A stretch of DNA of 64,000 bases from Nitrospirales bacterium (GTDB lineage Bacteria; Nitrospirota; Nitrospiria; Nitrospirales; UBA8639): contig CBDBCZ010000019.1 in NCBI GenBank assembly GCA_965203295.1, forward strand, positions 2,336,001 to 2,400,000, written 5' to 3'. Made by a program: the position numbers and the translations under genes. The notes under the pieces were generated by a model. The model searched no databases. It was not told the DNA's origin and worked only from the letters and a program-made list of their open reading frames with translations. Positions 31,083-41,346 of this stretch are shown piece by piece; the stretch's first letter is position 1; each line of letters starts with the position of its first letter.

Positions 31083-32417
31083 CTACGCAGAACGAATGGC
31101 TTTGGTAAGCTTCATTTGAGGGCGAATTTGGGTTATGGGATTTTTCAGAATGATGATTTGCTCTCGACGAGAGCCGGTAGAAATCAAGTCAATAGGGCAC
31201 CCCGCCAATTCCTCAATGCGAGCGAGGTACTGTTTTGCTTCAGACGGAAGGGCTTTATACGTCGTCGCTTGGGACGTCGACACCTTCCAACCACGGCACG
31301 TCTCGTACACTGGTTGGCATTCCGACAGAATCGCCAAATCGGCAGGCATCTCTCGATGCAGTTTTCCCCCATGACGGTAACCAGTCGCAATTTTCAAGGA
31401 TGGACATCTGTCAAGGATGTCCAACTTCGTCACCGCTAAAGAAGAGAAGCCATTGACACGAACCGCGTAACGGAGCAGCACGGCATCAAGCCATCCACAT
31501 CGGCGTGGACGACCAGTTGTCGCCCCAAATTCTTGGCCTCGCTCTTGAAGGCCTACCCCAACCTCATTGGACAATTCAGTTGGGAATGGTCCACTTCCAA
31601 CTCGCGTGGTATAGGCTTTGGTGACACCAAGGACGGCATCAATTTTTGTCGGTCCCACTCCAGTTCCAAAACACGCTCCCCCAGCACATGAACTCGAAGA
31701 CGTCACGAATGGATACGTTCCGAGATCCACGTCTAAATGCGTCCCTTGCGCCCCCTCAAATAAAATATGTCGCCCTTGGTCGATTGCTTTATTGATGCAA
31801 AGAGAATCATCACCAACATACTGTCGAAGGCGTTTTGCATACTTCAAATACTCTTCACATATCTTATTGGCCAAAAACCCCTTGGCACCGTACACGTGCC
31901 GAAGAAAAGCATTGACCTCTACCAAATTATCTTCAACCTTCTGACGGAAAAGTTCAGGGGAGAGGAGATCACCCACTCGAATGCCGATTCGAGCCATCTT
32001 GTCCACATAAGCCGGCCCAATCCCTTTCCCTGTCGTTCCAATCCGTCGAGAACCTTTGGCTTGTTCAGCAGCTTTGTCGATGGCTTTATGGTAGGGCATA
32101 ATCAAATGGGCTCGCTGACTAATCAGAAAGTTCCGCCCAACTTTTATCCCTTGTTTTTGTAACGTATCCAGTTCCTCGATGAGCGCTTCAGGGTCAATCG
32201 CGACCCCATTTCCGAGTACACACAGTTTGCCACGCGACAATATCCCAGACGGTATCAAATGGAACACATAGGTTCTTTTTTTGGTCACAACGGTATGACC
32301 AGCATTAGACCCACCTTGAAATCGGGCGATCACATCGGCATCCCGAGCTAAGATATCAACGATCTTGCCCTTGCCTTCATCACCCCATTGGGATCCGACA
32401 ACTACAAGGTTAGCCAT
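31083..32417 (-). CDS. purA: Adenylosuccinate synthetase
   Basis: QWGDEGKGK, GGSNAGHT, EGAQG, GTYPFVTSS and TTGRPRRCGW motifs. Confidence 0.98.
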   Translation of the reverse strand: MANLVVVGSQWGDEGKGKIVDILARDADVIARFQGGSNAGHTVVTKKRTYVFHLIPSGILSRGKLCVLGNGVAIDPEALIEELDTLQKQGIKVGRNFLISQRAHLIMPYHKAIDKAAEQAKGSRRIGTTGKGIGPAYVDKMARIGIRVGDLLSPELFRQKVEDNLVEVNAFLRHVYGAKGFLANKICEEYLKYAKRLRQYVGDDSLCINKAIDQGRHILFEGAQGTHLDVDLGTYPFVTSSSSCAGGACFGTGVGPTKIDAVLGVTKAYTTRVGSGPFPTELSNEVGVGLQERGQEFGATTGRPRRCGWLDAVLLRYAVRVNGFSSLAVTKLDILDRCPSLKIATGYRHGGKLHREMPADLAILSECQPVYETCRGWKVSTSQATTYKALPSEAKQYLARIEELAGCPIDLISTGSRREQIIILKNPITQIRPQMKLTKAIRSA

Positions 32418-32609
32418 TCTTTTTCCCCGACTCGCAACGAGTTGAAAAACTCAAAAATTTCCAAGAACTCATTTTCATAAAAAAGATAGGACCTCCAAAG
32501 AAGTGTGCACGATGTTCAAAAGGGCCAATCCAGTTTGCCCACTGGAAGCAAAAATGCCGAGGGATACGGCCGAATAAATGGCGAACTTTTTCAACATCTT
32601 GCGAGTCAC

Positions 32610-32639
32610 AAAAAAGCTCTGCTTGGACAACGCAGAGCT
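32610..32639 (-). terminator. Intrinsic terminator-like hairpin upstream of purA
   Basis: AGCTCTGC-N9-GCAGAGC followed by a T6 run on the minus strand. Confidence 0.7.
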
Positions 32640-32751
32640 AGCGGCATGATGGTATGGTTGCCTTGACTAATTTGTCAAGAAAATTTGGAATTTATAGAAG
32701 TATTTCGAATTTCATCACTGTTATTTCTCAACTGGGCTACAAGCTTACCCA

Positions 32752-33543
32752 TCAATGATAACTTTCGCTATCAGTGGGAAATTTTTGGCATTCAACTTCT
32801 TCTTTATACCGACGGAGCGCTTGGATCGCATCGGCTTTCAGATGCGCGTAGGGTTTCACAAATTTAGGCACAAAATCATCAAACAGCCCTAGAAGATCAT
32901 AGAGGACAAGGATTTGTCCATCACAGTATGGCCCGGCTCCGATGCCGATAGTCGGAACGGAAACATGTTGGGTAATGGATTTGGCTAACTCAATAGGGAC
33001 AGCTTCCAACACGAGAGAAAACACTCCCGCTGCTTCAAGCTCGCGAGAATCATCAAGCAGGGTTTGAGCCTTCTCTTCACCTTTCCCCTGGACTTTGTAC
33101 CCACCATACTGGTTGACAGATTGAGGTGTCATGCCCAAATGTCCCATCACTGGAATTCCCACCTTGGTGATCGCCTTTACCTGTTCAAGGACTGAAGCGC
33201 CTCCTTCAAGTTTCACCGCAGCCGCTCCGGCCTGGATTAATCGTCCCGCATTGCGGACCGCATCTTCAACGCCAACCTGATAGGACATAAAAGGCATATC
33301 GGCGATGATCAACGATCGTTGAGCGGCTCCAGCCACGATACTCGTGTGGTACACCATTTCGTCCATTGTCACGGACAAGGTGTTCTGCTTCCCTTGAACC
33401 ACGACTCCCAGAGAATCACCTACCAGAATGGCTTCAATACCTGCCTTCTCAACAATCCGCGTAAAGACCGCGTCGTAGGCGGTCACCACCACAAGCTTGG
33501 TTACTTTGAATTTTAACTGCTGAAATTCTGGGACCGTCATCAA
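32752..33543 (-). CDS. panB: 3-methyl-2-oxobutanoate hydroxymethyltransferase
   Basis: TAYD, LVGDSLG, ADMPF, VKLEGG, GHLGMTPQ and TIGIGAG motifs. Confidence 0.98.
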   Translation of the reverse strand: MMTVPEFQQLKFKVTKLVVVTAYDAVFTRIVEKAGIEAILVGDSLGVVVQGKQNTLSVTMDEMVYHTSIVAGAAQRSLIIADMPFMSYQVGVEDAVRNAGRLIQAGAAAVKLEGGASVLEQVKAITKVGIPVMGHLGMTPQSVNQYGGYKVQGKGEEKAQTLLDDSRELEAAGVFSLVLEAVPIELAKSITQHVSVPTIGIGAGPYCDGQILVLYDLLGLFDDFVPKFVKPYAHLKADAIQALRRYKEEVECQKFPTDSESYH

Positions 33544-34433
33544 GCAAGCCCTGCCTTCGTTAATATCTCCGGAAGCCGATCCATGGCCCTACCGGCCATG
33601 ACATGCACGCCATCACACAACGGACGGACGGCCTTGATTGTCCGAACAGCGATATCAATTCCAACATCTAACTCGAGTCCTTTACTCGTGCCTCGGAGTT
33701 CAGCAATCAGGGGCTCAGGAACGTGTATGCCAGGAATATGGGCATTCAAATATTCCACCATGTCGGCAGATCGCAGGACCAAAATCCCAGCCAATATTTT
33801 ACCACGATGGCGTCGAGCTTCTCTCATAAAGTCGCGAAACACGTCTGAGCAAAACACCGCTTGGGTTTGGAAAAAGCCGGCACCGGCTTGAACTTTGGCG
33901 TTGAGCTTTTGATGCACGATATCTATCTTATCGGCGCCAGGAGCGACTGCCCCTCCGATAAAAAAATTTGTGTTCCCTTTTAGAGGATTTCCAACCAAAT
34001 CCTTCCCTTGGTTCAATGACCGAGCGGTGTTCATAATCTGAACCGAGTCCAGATCATAGACAGGTTTGGCATCCTTATGATCCCCCACGGTTGGAGGATC
34101 TCCAGCTAGACAGAGCACATTGCGAATTCCCAACAGATGAGCTCCTAGCAAATCGGATTGGATTCCGATTCGATTTCGATCACGACTGGTGACTTGCATG
34201 ATCGGATCATGACCTTGCTCATAGAGAAGACGGCACACACTGATAGAACCCGCTCGCATGACGGCTGCGGTGTTATCCGTGACATTGACACCATGCACAT
34301 TCCCCAACAGCCCCTTGGTGGCTTCTAGCATAGCCGTGACATCTGTCCCCTTTGGAGGGTTGCACTCAATCGTGACCCCAAACACCCCTTTCTCTAACAC
34401 CGCTTGGAAACGTGAACCTCCATTCGTCATCAT
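33540..34433 (-). CDS. metF: Methylenetetrahydrofolate reductase family protein
   Basis: ECNPPKG, NVTDN, RDRNRIG, GIRNVL and KVQAGAGFFQTQ motifs. It overlaps the folD stop. Confidence 0.88.
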   Translation of the reverse strand: MMTNGGSRFQAVLEKGVFGVTIECNPPKGTDVTAMLEATKGLLGNVHGVNVTDNTAAVMRAGSISVCRLLYEQGHDPIMQVTSRDRNRIGIQSDLLGAHLLGIRNVLCLAGDPPTVGDHKDAKPVYDLDSVQIMNTARSLNQGKDLVGNPLKGNTNFFIGGAVAPGADKIDIVHQKLNAKVQAGAGFFQTQAVFCSDVFRDFMREARRHRGKILAGILVLRSADMVEYLNAHIPGIHVPEPLIAELRGTSKGLELDVGIDIAVRTIKAVRPLCDGVHVMAGRAMDRLPEILTKAGLA

Positions 34434-35305
34434 GTGCCTACTGTTCGTATCGCAGCTTCGAGCGTGTTCCCCAACAACATCGCGATCGTCATCGGCCCTA
34501 CACCACCAGGAACGGGCGATACCCAACCAGCTATTTCTTTCACAGGATCAAAGTCCACATCTCCCACTAACCGACCGTCCCCTAACCTGTTGATTCCAAC
34601 GTCCACGACAATAGCCCCCTTCTTCACCATCTTATCCGTCACAAACTGGGCTTTCCCGATTGCGGCAACCAGGATATCAGCCTCTCGACAGACAGCGTCT
34701 AAGTTTTGAGTTCGTGAGTGGCAAATGGTCACCGTCGCATGGCGGTGCATCAACAACAGGGCAACAGGCTTCCCGACAATATTGCTGCGTCCAAGCACGA
34801 CAGCCCGCTTGCCTTCAATCGTCTGACCGGTCGATTCGATCATTTTGATAACACCCTTAGGAGTACAGGGAGTAAAGACCGGATCTCCTTCTACCAAACG
34901 ACCCATATTATAGGGATGAAATCCATCAGCATCTTTCAGAGGAGAAACCGCATCTAAGATCACCTTGCTTTGTATTTGAGGGGGAAGAGGCAATTGAACC
35001 AAAATGCCATGGATCTTGGGATCTGAGTTAATTTTTTCAATGAGGCGAAGGAGTTCGATTTGACTGGTTGAAGCCGGGAGAATATGGTCATCCACATAGA
35101 ATCCGGCAGCATCACATGCCCGCTTCTTATTTCTCACATAAATGGCTGAGGCGGGGTCATCACCAACGAGGCAAACCGCCAAACCTGGCCTTACCCGGTG
35201 GTGACGATGGAGTTCCTCGGCTTCTTGAGCAATGGTCTCACGAAAATGTTGTGCAAGACCCTTCCCATCAATGATCTCGGCTGCCACGCCTTCTCTCCTA
35301 TCCAA
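34430..35305 (-). CDS. folD: Methylenetetrahydrofolate dehydrogenase/cyclohydrolase
   Basis: YVRNK, GILVQLPLP, KDADG, PCTP, GRSNIVGKP and PVPGGVGPMT motifs. Confidence 0.98.
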   Translation of the reverse strand: MDRREGVAAEIIDGKGLAQHFRETIAQEAEELHRHHRVRPGLAVCLVGDDPASAIYVRNKKRACDAAGFYVDDHILPASTSQIELLRLIEKINSDPKIHGILVQLPLPPQIQSKVILDAVSPLKDADGFHPYNMGRLVEGDPVFTPCTPKGVIKMIESTGQTIEGKRAVVLGRSNIVGKPVALLLMHRHATVTICHSRTQNLDAVCREADILVAAIGKAQFVTDKMVKKGAIVVDVGINRLGDGRLVGDVDFDPVKEIAGWVSPVPGGVGPMTIAMLLGNTLEAAIRTVGT

Positions 35306-35483
35306 GCCACAAAACCGTACTTCCCTTTAAAGGAAAGTCACGATAGCAAGGCCCCCAAATTTAAGTCAACGATCGGACAGGCTGAAGCTCTTTCTTGACA
35401 GGCTGAAAATTGCTCCCGTATCATGAAGACTTATTGGCAACGACCCTTTCCCACTCCACATCTGGCCTGACATTCATACAATC

Positions 35484-36479
35484 ATGAGACAATCGAGAAG
35501 AGAATGCGTTCGGCCTAAAAAGAGAGTGGTTGCCTTCGTTTCAGCCCTGCTTCTTTTCGTCATTTTTAGGGTTCCTCCTTGTTCGTTGGCTCATCCCATC
35601 GTTGATTTACAATCCCCCCAAAGTTTTATTGTCGATCCTTCTACTCGAGGGTATTTTATTGCCAATGCCAATGGTGAACCGGGTGACCGAGACAACAACG
35701 GGTACATTTCAAAGCTTGATGCAGAAGGGGAAGTCACGGACGCTCACTTCATCCAAGGGGGAAAAGACGGAGCGGTCCTGCACTCGCCTTATGGCATGAC
35801 CATCGTTAAAGGCACGCTATACGTGGCTGATTTGGAGACCGTGAAAGGATTCCACACCAAATCTGGAAAATCCGTGGTGACCGTGTCCTTGGCAAGGCAT
35901 GGAGTAACAGAGCTTTCCGGACTGACGTCAGACTCACACGGGGTCCTGTACGTGGCTGATACGGAAGGAAATACCATCTACCGCATCTCTCCACAAGAAG
36001 ATTTTTCCGTATCTGAATTTGTTCACAAGGACCAACTCGCCGGTCCCCATGGGTTAGCCATTCATCCAAGATCCGGACATCTCATCGTGGCTTCCCTGAA
36101 CGATGGAACGGTCCTTGAAGTCGCGCCTAAAGGTTCCATTCGAGAGATTGTGTCAAATGGATTTTTTACTGCGCGTTTTCACAACCTTAGTGGAGTCGAT
36201 TTTGATAAATATGGAAATATGTATGTCTCGGATATCACGGCGGGCAAGGTTTGGCGAATTCAAGCAGATTTCAGAATGGATGTGATTGCCGAATTTCTTA
36301 TTTCCCCCTCCAGCCTTTCCGTTGACCGAACCAAACATCTCATTCTGATCCCCTACTTGTATGCGAATGGGGCGGAGATGAATGGTCTCGAACGTCCTTC
36401 CAATGTGAAGGGAGAAAAGAGAAAACGGACGCTGGCAGATTACGGATTGGAAGGATTGGAAGATAAGTCTAAAAAATGA
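35484..36479 (+). CDS. Exported SMP-30/gluconolactonase-like (NHL-repeat) beta-propeller protein
   Basis: Signal peptide and repeated blades (LYVAD, GPHGLAI, GNMYVSD). TTGACA-N18-TATCAT lies upstream. Confidence 0.8.
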   Translation: MRQSRRECVRPKKRVVAFVSALLLFVIFRVPPCSLAHPIVDLQSPQSFIVDPSTRGYFIANANGEPGDRDNNGYISKLDAEGEVTDAHFIQGGKDGAVLHSPYGMTIVKGTLYVADLETVKGFHTKSGKSVVTVSLARHGVTELSGLTSDSHGVLYVADTEGNTIYRISPQEDFSVSEFVHKDQLAGPHGLAIHPRSGHLIVASLNDGTVLEVAPKGSIREIVSNGFFTARFHNLSGVDFDKYGNMYVSDITAGKVWRIQADFRMDVIAEFLISPSSLSVDRTKHLILIPYLYANGAEMNGLERPSNVKGEKRKRTLADYGLEGLEDKSKK

Positions 36480-37120
36480 GTAAATGCGTCTTTTGTCAAA
36501 ATCGAAAAGGGAAACGTTCCTGCCCGGCACTCCAGGGTTTTATTTGTAGTCAATGCTGCGGGGAACACCGGCTGGGCGACATTGCATGCCATTCAGATTG
36601 TTCGTATCTTGATACAAATGTGGAATATCAACAGAAAAGAGTCGGGGATCGGTTTGAGCAAGATCGAAATGCGCTATACAGAGAATTGCTGGAGTTAGGG
36701 GGAGATAAGGCGGCAAAAATCTTTTATCTCTTAGAAGCGACGATTTTTAAACATTTTCACAACAGACAGGAGGGACAGGACGGAGAAGTCATCGGAGCCA
36801 TTCAATCACTTCGACGGTCCTTTAGTCCCATCCATGTCCACGAAGTCGCCCCTCCCGCGTTTACCGAAGTGCTCAAAAAAGAATATAAGGCCTTCATGGA
36901 AGGAAAAAAGGTCGATTCACAAACCTTGATAGAAATCCTCGACAGAGGTTTAGCCTTTATCAATCAATTTTCTGGGGGAGGGCTCCGATCCAATCTTTTC
37001 TTGAGTGGTTTGATCGGGTATTTAAAAAGCCGACACCCAGAGGTTGCCCAACAATTGGCGAATTTGGGTGGATCAAGTGGTCGAATTATTCTACCGACCT
37101 GCACCAAGCTTGAGAGCTAA
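36476..37120 (+). CDS. Hypothetical protein with a Cys-rich N-terminal (putative zinc-binding) domain
   Basis: Eight Cys in the first 42 aa (CVFC…C…CSQCC…C…C). ATGA overlap with the upstream gene. Confidence 0.8.
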   Translation: MSKCVFCQNRKGKRSCPALQGFICSQCCGEHRLGDIACHSDCSYLDTNVEYQQKRVGDRFEQDRNALYRELLELGGDKAAKIFYLLEATIFKHFHNRQEGQDGEVIGAIQSLRRSFSPIHVHEVAPPAFTEVLKKEYKAFMEGKKVDSQTLIEILDRGLAFINQFSGGGLRSNLFLSGLIGYLKSRHPEVAQQLANLGGSSGRIILPTCTKLES

Positions 37121-37162
37121 CCGTTCCTTTCATCGACTCCTGAAAACGCCTCTCCCCTCTTT

Positions 37163-37777
37163 TCACTCTTCAATAATGTCAATCGTAATCTCGATGCGGT
37201 CAACAGGCATGTCACGACGATTTCGTGCCTGTTTCACAATCTGATTGGCCACTTCAATTCCTTTGATGACTTCCCCAAACACCGTGTACTGACCATCTAA
37301 GTGAGGAGCTTTTCCCACCATGACGAAAAATTGGGATCCTGCACTGTTGGGATCGGCCGTCCTGGCAGCTGACAGAATTCCCCTTTCATGTCGTATACTG
37401 TTAAACTCCGCTGGCAGTGTATAGCCTGGACCACCCATTCCATAGTCACTGACCTTGTTAGGATCCTTCGTGTTGGGATCACCGCCTTGGATCATAAAAC
37501 CCGGAATGACTCGGTGAAAAATTGTTCCATTGTAAAAGCCAGATTTCGCAAGCTTTACAAAGCTCTCAACATGTTTAGGAGCCAACTCTGGAAACAACAC
37601 AATCTCCATCTCGCCAAATTTCGTCTTTAATATCGCTCGTGGAGCATTTGCTTCTTCATCAGCAACTAAAGTCATTGAAGGGGTTTCGGCCCATCCAGAG
37701 GCAACACCGCCACTCCACAACATCACACATGCCACAATGAGCCCTACCCGACCGTCTACCCACCAGTTCCTCAGCAT
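37163..37777 (-). CDS. Exported cyclophilin-type peptidyl-prolyl isomerase
   Basis: FHRVIPGFMIQGGDP, SAGSQFF and HLDGQYTVFG motifs, plus a signal peptide. Confidence 0.95.
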   Translation of the reverse strand: MLRNWWVDGRVGLIVACVMLWSGGVASGWAETPSMTLVADEEANAPRAILKTKFGEMEIVLFPELAPKHVESFVKLAKSGFYNGTIFHRVIPGFMIQGGDPNTKDPNKVSDYGMGGPGYTLPAEFNSIRHERGILSAARTADPNSAGSQFFVMVGKAPHLDGQYTVFGEVIKGIEVANQIVKQARNRRDMPVDRIEITIDIIEE

Positions 37778-37829
37778 AACGAGGCCTCCTTCATCCTAAT
37801 AATGTGAACGAACCCTTAATAATCATATT

Positions 37830-38528
37830 TTACCCGATCAACTGGCTAAATGCTTGTTGAGCGGCATTTTGTTCAGCTTCTTTCTTCGTTTTCCCAACCC
37901 CTTGTCCCAATATTTTATCATGAATTCTGACCTGGACTTCAAATTGTTTTTGATGATCGGGGCCAGACTCTTGGAGAAGGCTATAGGTTGGGAGCATATC
38001 AAATTGCTTCTGACAGTATTCTTGAAGGTGGCTCTTATGATCCCGCATATAGGCAGGAAAAATTGCAGACTGTATCAAGTCAATCTCTTTCCCTAGAACC
38101 TGAAGAATAAAGGCTTTAGCCGAATCCAATCCCCCATCAAGGTAAATGGCTCCCATCACAGCCTCTAGCGCATTCCCAAGGATGGAACTTTTTACTCGTC
38201 CGTGCGTGACCTCCTCTCCACGACCCAATCGTAGCAGGTCACCTAAGCCTAAACGTCGAGCCGCCTGGGCCAATGAAGCCCGGCTGACCAAACGAGCCCT
38301 GACTTTCGACAACTCACCTTCAGTGGAAGAGGGATACTTGGAAGCCAGAAAATCGCTGATGACCAAAGACAAAACTGCGTCTCCTAGGAATTCCAACCGC
38401 TCGTTATGATTGGATTGAACAGACGGCTTACCTTGAAGATGGGATTTATGAGTCAGGGCTTCGTCAAGTAATTCAGGGCGTCGAAATACATATCCAAGCT
38501 GGTTTTCGGTCTCGGAAGAAATGGACAT
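37830..38528 (-). CDS. rnc: Ribonuclease III
   Basis: NERLEFLGDAVL signature and a C-terminal dsRBD. Confidence 0.97.
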   Translation of the reverse strand: MSISSETENQLGYVFRRPELLDEALTHKSHLQGKPSVQSNHNERLEFLGDAVLSLVISDFLASKYPSSTEGELSKVRARLVSRASLAQAARRLGLGDLLRLGRGEEVTHGRVKSSILGNALEAVMGAIYLDGGLDSAKAFILQVLGKEIDLIQSAIFPAYMRDHKSHLQEYCQKQFDMLPTYSLLQESGPDHQKQFEVQVRIHDKILGQGVGKTKKEAEQNAAQQAFSQLIG

Positions 38529-38599
38529 CTTCGCCGCTCACAGTTTAACCACAAGCTCCTTAATCGAGAAAAGTCTCCCGATCCATGGACCCCCTACCT

Positions 38600-39850
38600 T
38601 TACGACTCCATACGTTTCATGACCAGACAGGCATTCACCCCTCCAAATCCAAAAGCATTGGAGATGGCGACGGAGATGGAGGCTTTCCGTGCTTCGCCTA
38701 AGACATAATCGAGGTCACATTCTGGATCTTGGTTTTCGATATTGATGGTAGGAGGCAATATGGCGTGGTATAACGCCAGGGTTGTAAAAACCGCTTCCAC
38801 CCCTCCTGCCGCACCAAGAAGGTGCCCAATCATTGATTTCGTGGAACTGACTGGAAGCTGATAGGCATATTCACCAAACACCTGCTTGATGGCCCTTGTT
38901 TCAATTGTATCAGCAAAAGTCGATGTCGCATGCGCATTGATGTATCCGACTGTATCCTTGGAAATCCCAGCATCCTGAATGGCTTTTTCCAAGCAAACCA
39001 CCGTACCCGCGCCATCATCAGGAGGGGCGGTGATATGGTAGGCATCGCTGGTCATCGCGTAACCAACCATTTCCGCATAGATCCGTGCGCCTCGCTCGCG
39101 TGCTCGTTCATATTCTTCCAACAGGAGAACCCCTGCTCCCTCTCCAATCACGAACCCATCACGGTCTTTATCAAAGGGACGGCTCGCATGTTGTGGATCA
39201 TCATTTCGCCGTGACAATGCCTTGGCAGAAGCAAACCCTGCAACGGTGAGAGGGGAAATCGTCGACTCAGATCCTCCTGCGAACATCACATCGGCCTCTC
39301 CTCGCTGAATGAGGCGAAAAGCATCTCCAATACAATTATTACCTGTAGCGCACGCAGTCACCGCGCACGAATTAGGCCCCCGGGCTCCAAAACGAATGGC
39401 CACTTGGCCGGAAGCCAAATTAATAATGGTCATAGGAATAAAAAACGGAGTGACACGGCTCGGCCCTTTTTCTTGAAGGACGGTAAAATTATGCTCGATA
39501 GCCGGAAGTCCTCCTATGCCGGCACCAATATACACTCCAACCCGGTCCGCCATATCCGGAGTAATCTTCAATCCCGAATCGTCTATCGCTTCTTGGCTTG
39601 CCGCTACTGCATAATGGATGAAAGAATCCATTTTTTTGATTTCTTTCTTCTCAATATAGTCGGCTGGATTGAAATCCTTGACCTCAGCAGCAATCCGAAC
39701 AGGGTAATTCGAAGCATCAAATCGTGTAATCGGCCCTATGCCGGATTTTCCGGCACAGATACCGGTCCACGTTTTGGCCACCCCAACACCTAAGGGGGAA
39801 ACCAACCCCAACCCGGTAATCACCACCCGTCGTTTTTCTTGATTATTCAT
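38600..39850 (-). CDS. fabF: 3-oxoacyl-ACP synthase II
   Basis: TACATG, INAHATST, STKSMIGHLLGAAG and SNAFGFGG motifs. Confidence 0.97.
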   Translation of the reverse strand: MNNQEKRRVVITGLGLVSPLGVGVAKTWTGICAGKSGIGPITRFDASNYPVRIAAEVKDFNPADYIEKKEIKKMDSFIHYAVAASQEAIDDSGLKITPDMADRVGVYIGAGIGGLPAIEHNFTVLQEKGPSRVTPFFIPMTIINLASGQVAIRFGARGPNSCAVTACATGNNCIGDAFRLIQRGEADVMFAGGSESTISPLTVAGFASAKALSRRNDDPQHASRPFDKDRDGFVIGEGAGVLLLEEYERARERGARIYAEMVGYAMTSDAYHITAPPDDGAGTVVCLEKAIQDAGISKDTVGYINAHATSTFADTIETRAIKQVFGEYAYQLPVSSTKSMIGHLLGAAGGVEAVFTTLALYHAILPPTINIENQDPECDLDYVLGEARKASISVAISNAFGFGGVNACLVMKRMES

Positions 39851-40074
39851 GGAGGAAGGCCTGTTTTATTGATAAACGCCAACTGACAAAAGATTCAACG
39901 GACCTGAACCGTGACGTTCAGACTCACAAACCTAGGCAGATCTATAAAAGAATGATCACGAGACGTTCTATGCAATATTAGTAAACCCAAGGCGAGAAAA
40001 ACGCGATGTCAACTTAATCCAAGGGAACCTTTTGTCATGTCTGCTTAATAAACGTCACATCTTTGGTCATCACT

Positions 40075-40305
40075 TCACGTCTTCTCTTTTATGTAATCGA
40101 TAGCCTGAACGACTTTCTGTATTTTCTCTGCATCATCGTCAGGAATCTCAATGTCAAACTCTTCTTCTAAAGCCATCACCAATTCTACGGTATCTAATGA
40201 GTCAGCTCCCAGGTCTTCTACAAACGATGCCTCGGGAACTACTTCCTCTTCTTCAACTCCCAACTGCTCGGCAATAATTTTTTTAATTCGTTCATCAACT
40301 GCCAT
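40075..40305 (-). CDS. acpP: Acyl carrier protein
   Basis: [20 protein letters not shown] motif. Confidence 0.98.
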   Translation of the reverse strand: MAVDERIKKIIAEQLGVEEEEVVPEASFVEDLGADSLDTVELVMALEEEFDIEIPDDDAEKIQKVVQAIDYIKEKT

Positions 40306-40564
40306 ATGTTTTCCTACCTCCTCTTTGTGAAAACTTCTCACTAACCATGCCTTTCTGACTCTTCATGGTTGTTAAAAAATCCGACAGCCGTGTTCCTCTT
40401 GCTCACAGAACTTAATCTATCCCTCACATACCTCTGCTTTCCGACAACCTTGCCCATGCAATCATTTTTGCACAGCTTACATCATAAAGATCAGCAGGCA
40501 TCTATTGTTCCAGACTCACAATGAGGGAGAATTTGAATGATCCAACAGCCATCCGCCATTTCAC

Positions 40565-41308
40565 TTACCCCATATGCATACCCCCATTGACATGCAAAAC
40601 CTGGCCAGTCATATATCCAGCACCATCCGAGACCAGAAAACGAACCGCTTCCGCAACATGCTCAGGCTGCCCTAATCTTCCAAGAGGAATCTGCTTGAGC
40701 AAAACATCTTTTATTTCTTGATTCAAGCCCTGCGTCATGGCCGTGTCGATAAATCCTGGAGCCACGGCATTCACGGTAATGTTTCGGCTGGCATATTCTC
40801 TCGCAACCGTTTTGGTAAATCCAATCACAGCCGCCTTTGACGCCGCATAATTGGCCTGACCAGCATTCCCCATGACTCCGACAACTGAAGCCATATTGAC
40901 GATTCGACCATATCGTTGTTTCGACATAGGACCAAGGACGGCTTTCGTGCAATGAAAGGTTCCTGTGACATTCACTCGTAAAACCAGATCCCAATCTTCC
41001 TCTTTCATCCGAACGAGCAAGCCGTCTCTGGTGATCCCCGCGTTATTCACCAATATATCAATACGTCCCCAATCTTTGAGGACTTGGTCGGCCATGGTTT
41101 TCACATCATTCCAATTTCCTACGTTGGCTGCAAGAGCCATAGTCTCCTGTCCTTTTTTCTGAACAAGTTCAACTGTCCCTTGACATCGTTCTTTATCCAA
41201 ATCAACCACGGCCACCTTGGCCCCATACTCAGCTAAACAGACCGCAATGACTTGACCGATCCCCTGTGCCGCGCCTGTGACAATTCCGACTTTTCCTTCA
41301 AGTGACAT
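40565..41308 (-). CDS. fabG: 3-oxoacyl-ACP reductase
   Basis: TGAAQGIG, NNAGITRD and YAASK motifs. Confidence 0.97.
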   Translation of the reverse strand: MSLEGKVGIVTGAAQGIGQVIAVCLAEYGAKVAVVDLDKERCQGTVELVQKKGQETMALAANVGNWNDVKTMADQVLKDWGRIDILVNNAGITRDGLLVRMKEEDWDLVLRVNVTGTFHCTKAVLGPMSKQRYGRIVNMASVVGVMGNAGQANYAASKAAVIGFTKTVAREYASRNITVNAVAPGFIDTAMTQGLNQEIKDVLLKQIPLGRLGQPEHVAEAVRFLVSDGAGYMTGQVLHVNGGMHMG

Positions 41309-41346
41309 CTGCTGCTCTCACCTTGTTGTTGTTTAAAAAAGAGCCA

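Noticed and set aside
39851..40564. Intergenic gaps of about 220-260 bp flanking acpP as possible ncRNAs
   Set aside because: No strong hairpin or known motif was seen, and promoter-containing gaps around acpP are ordinary.
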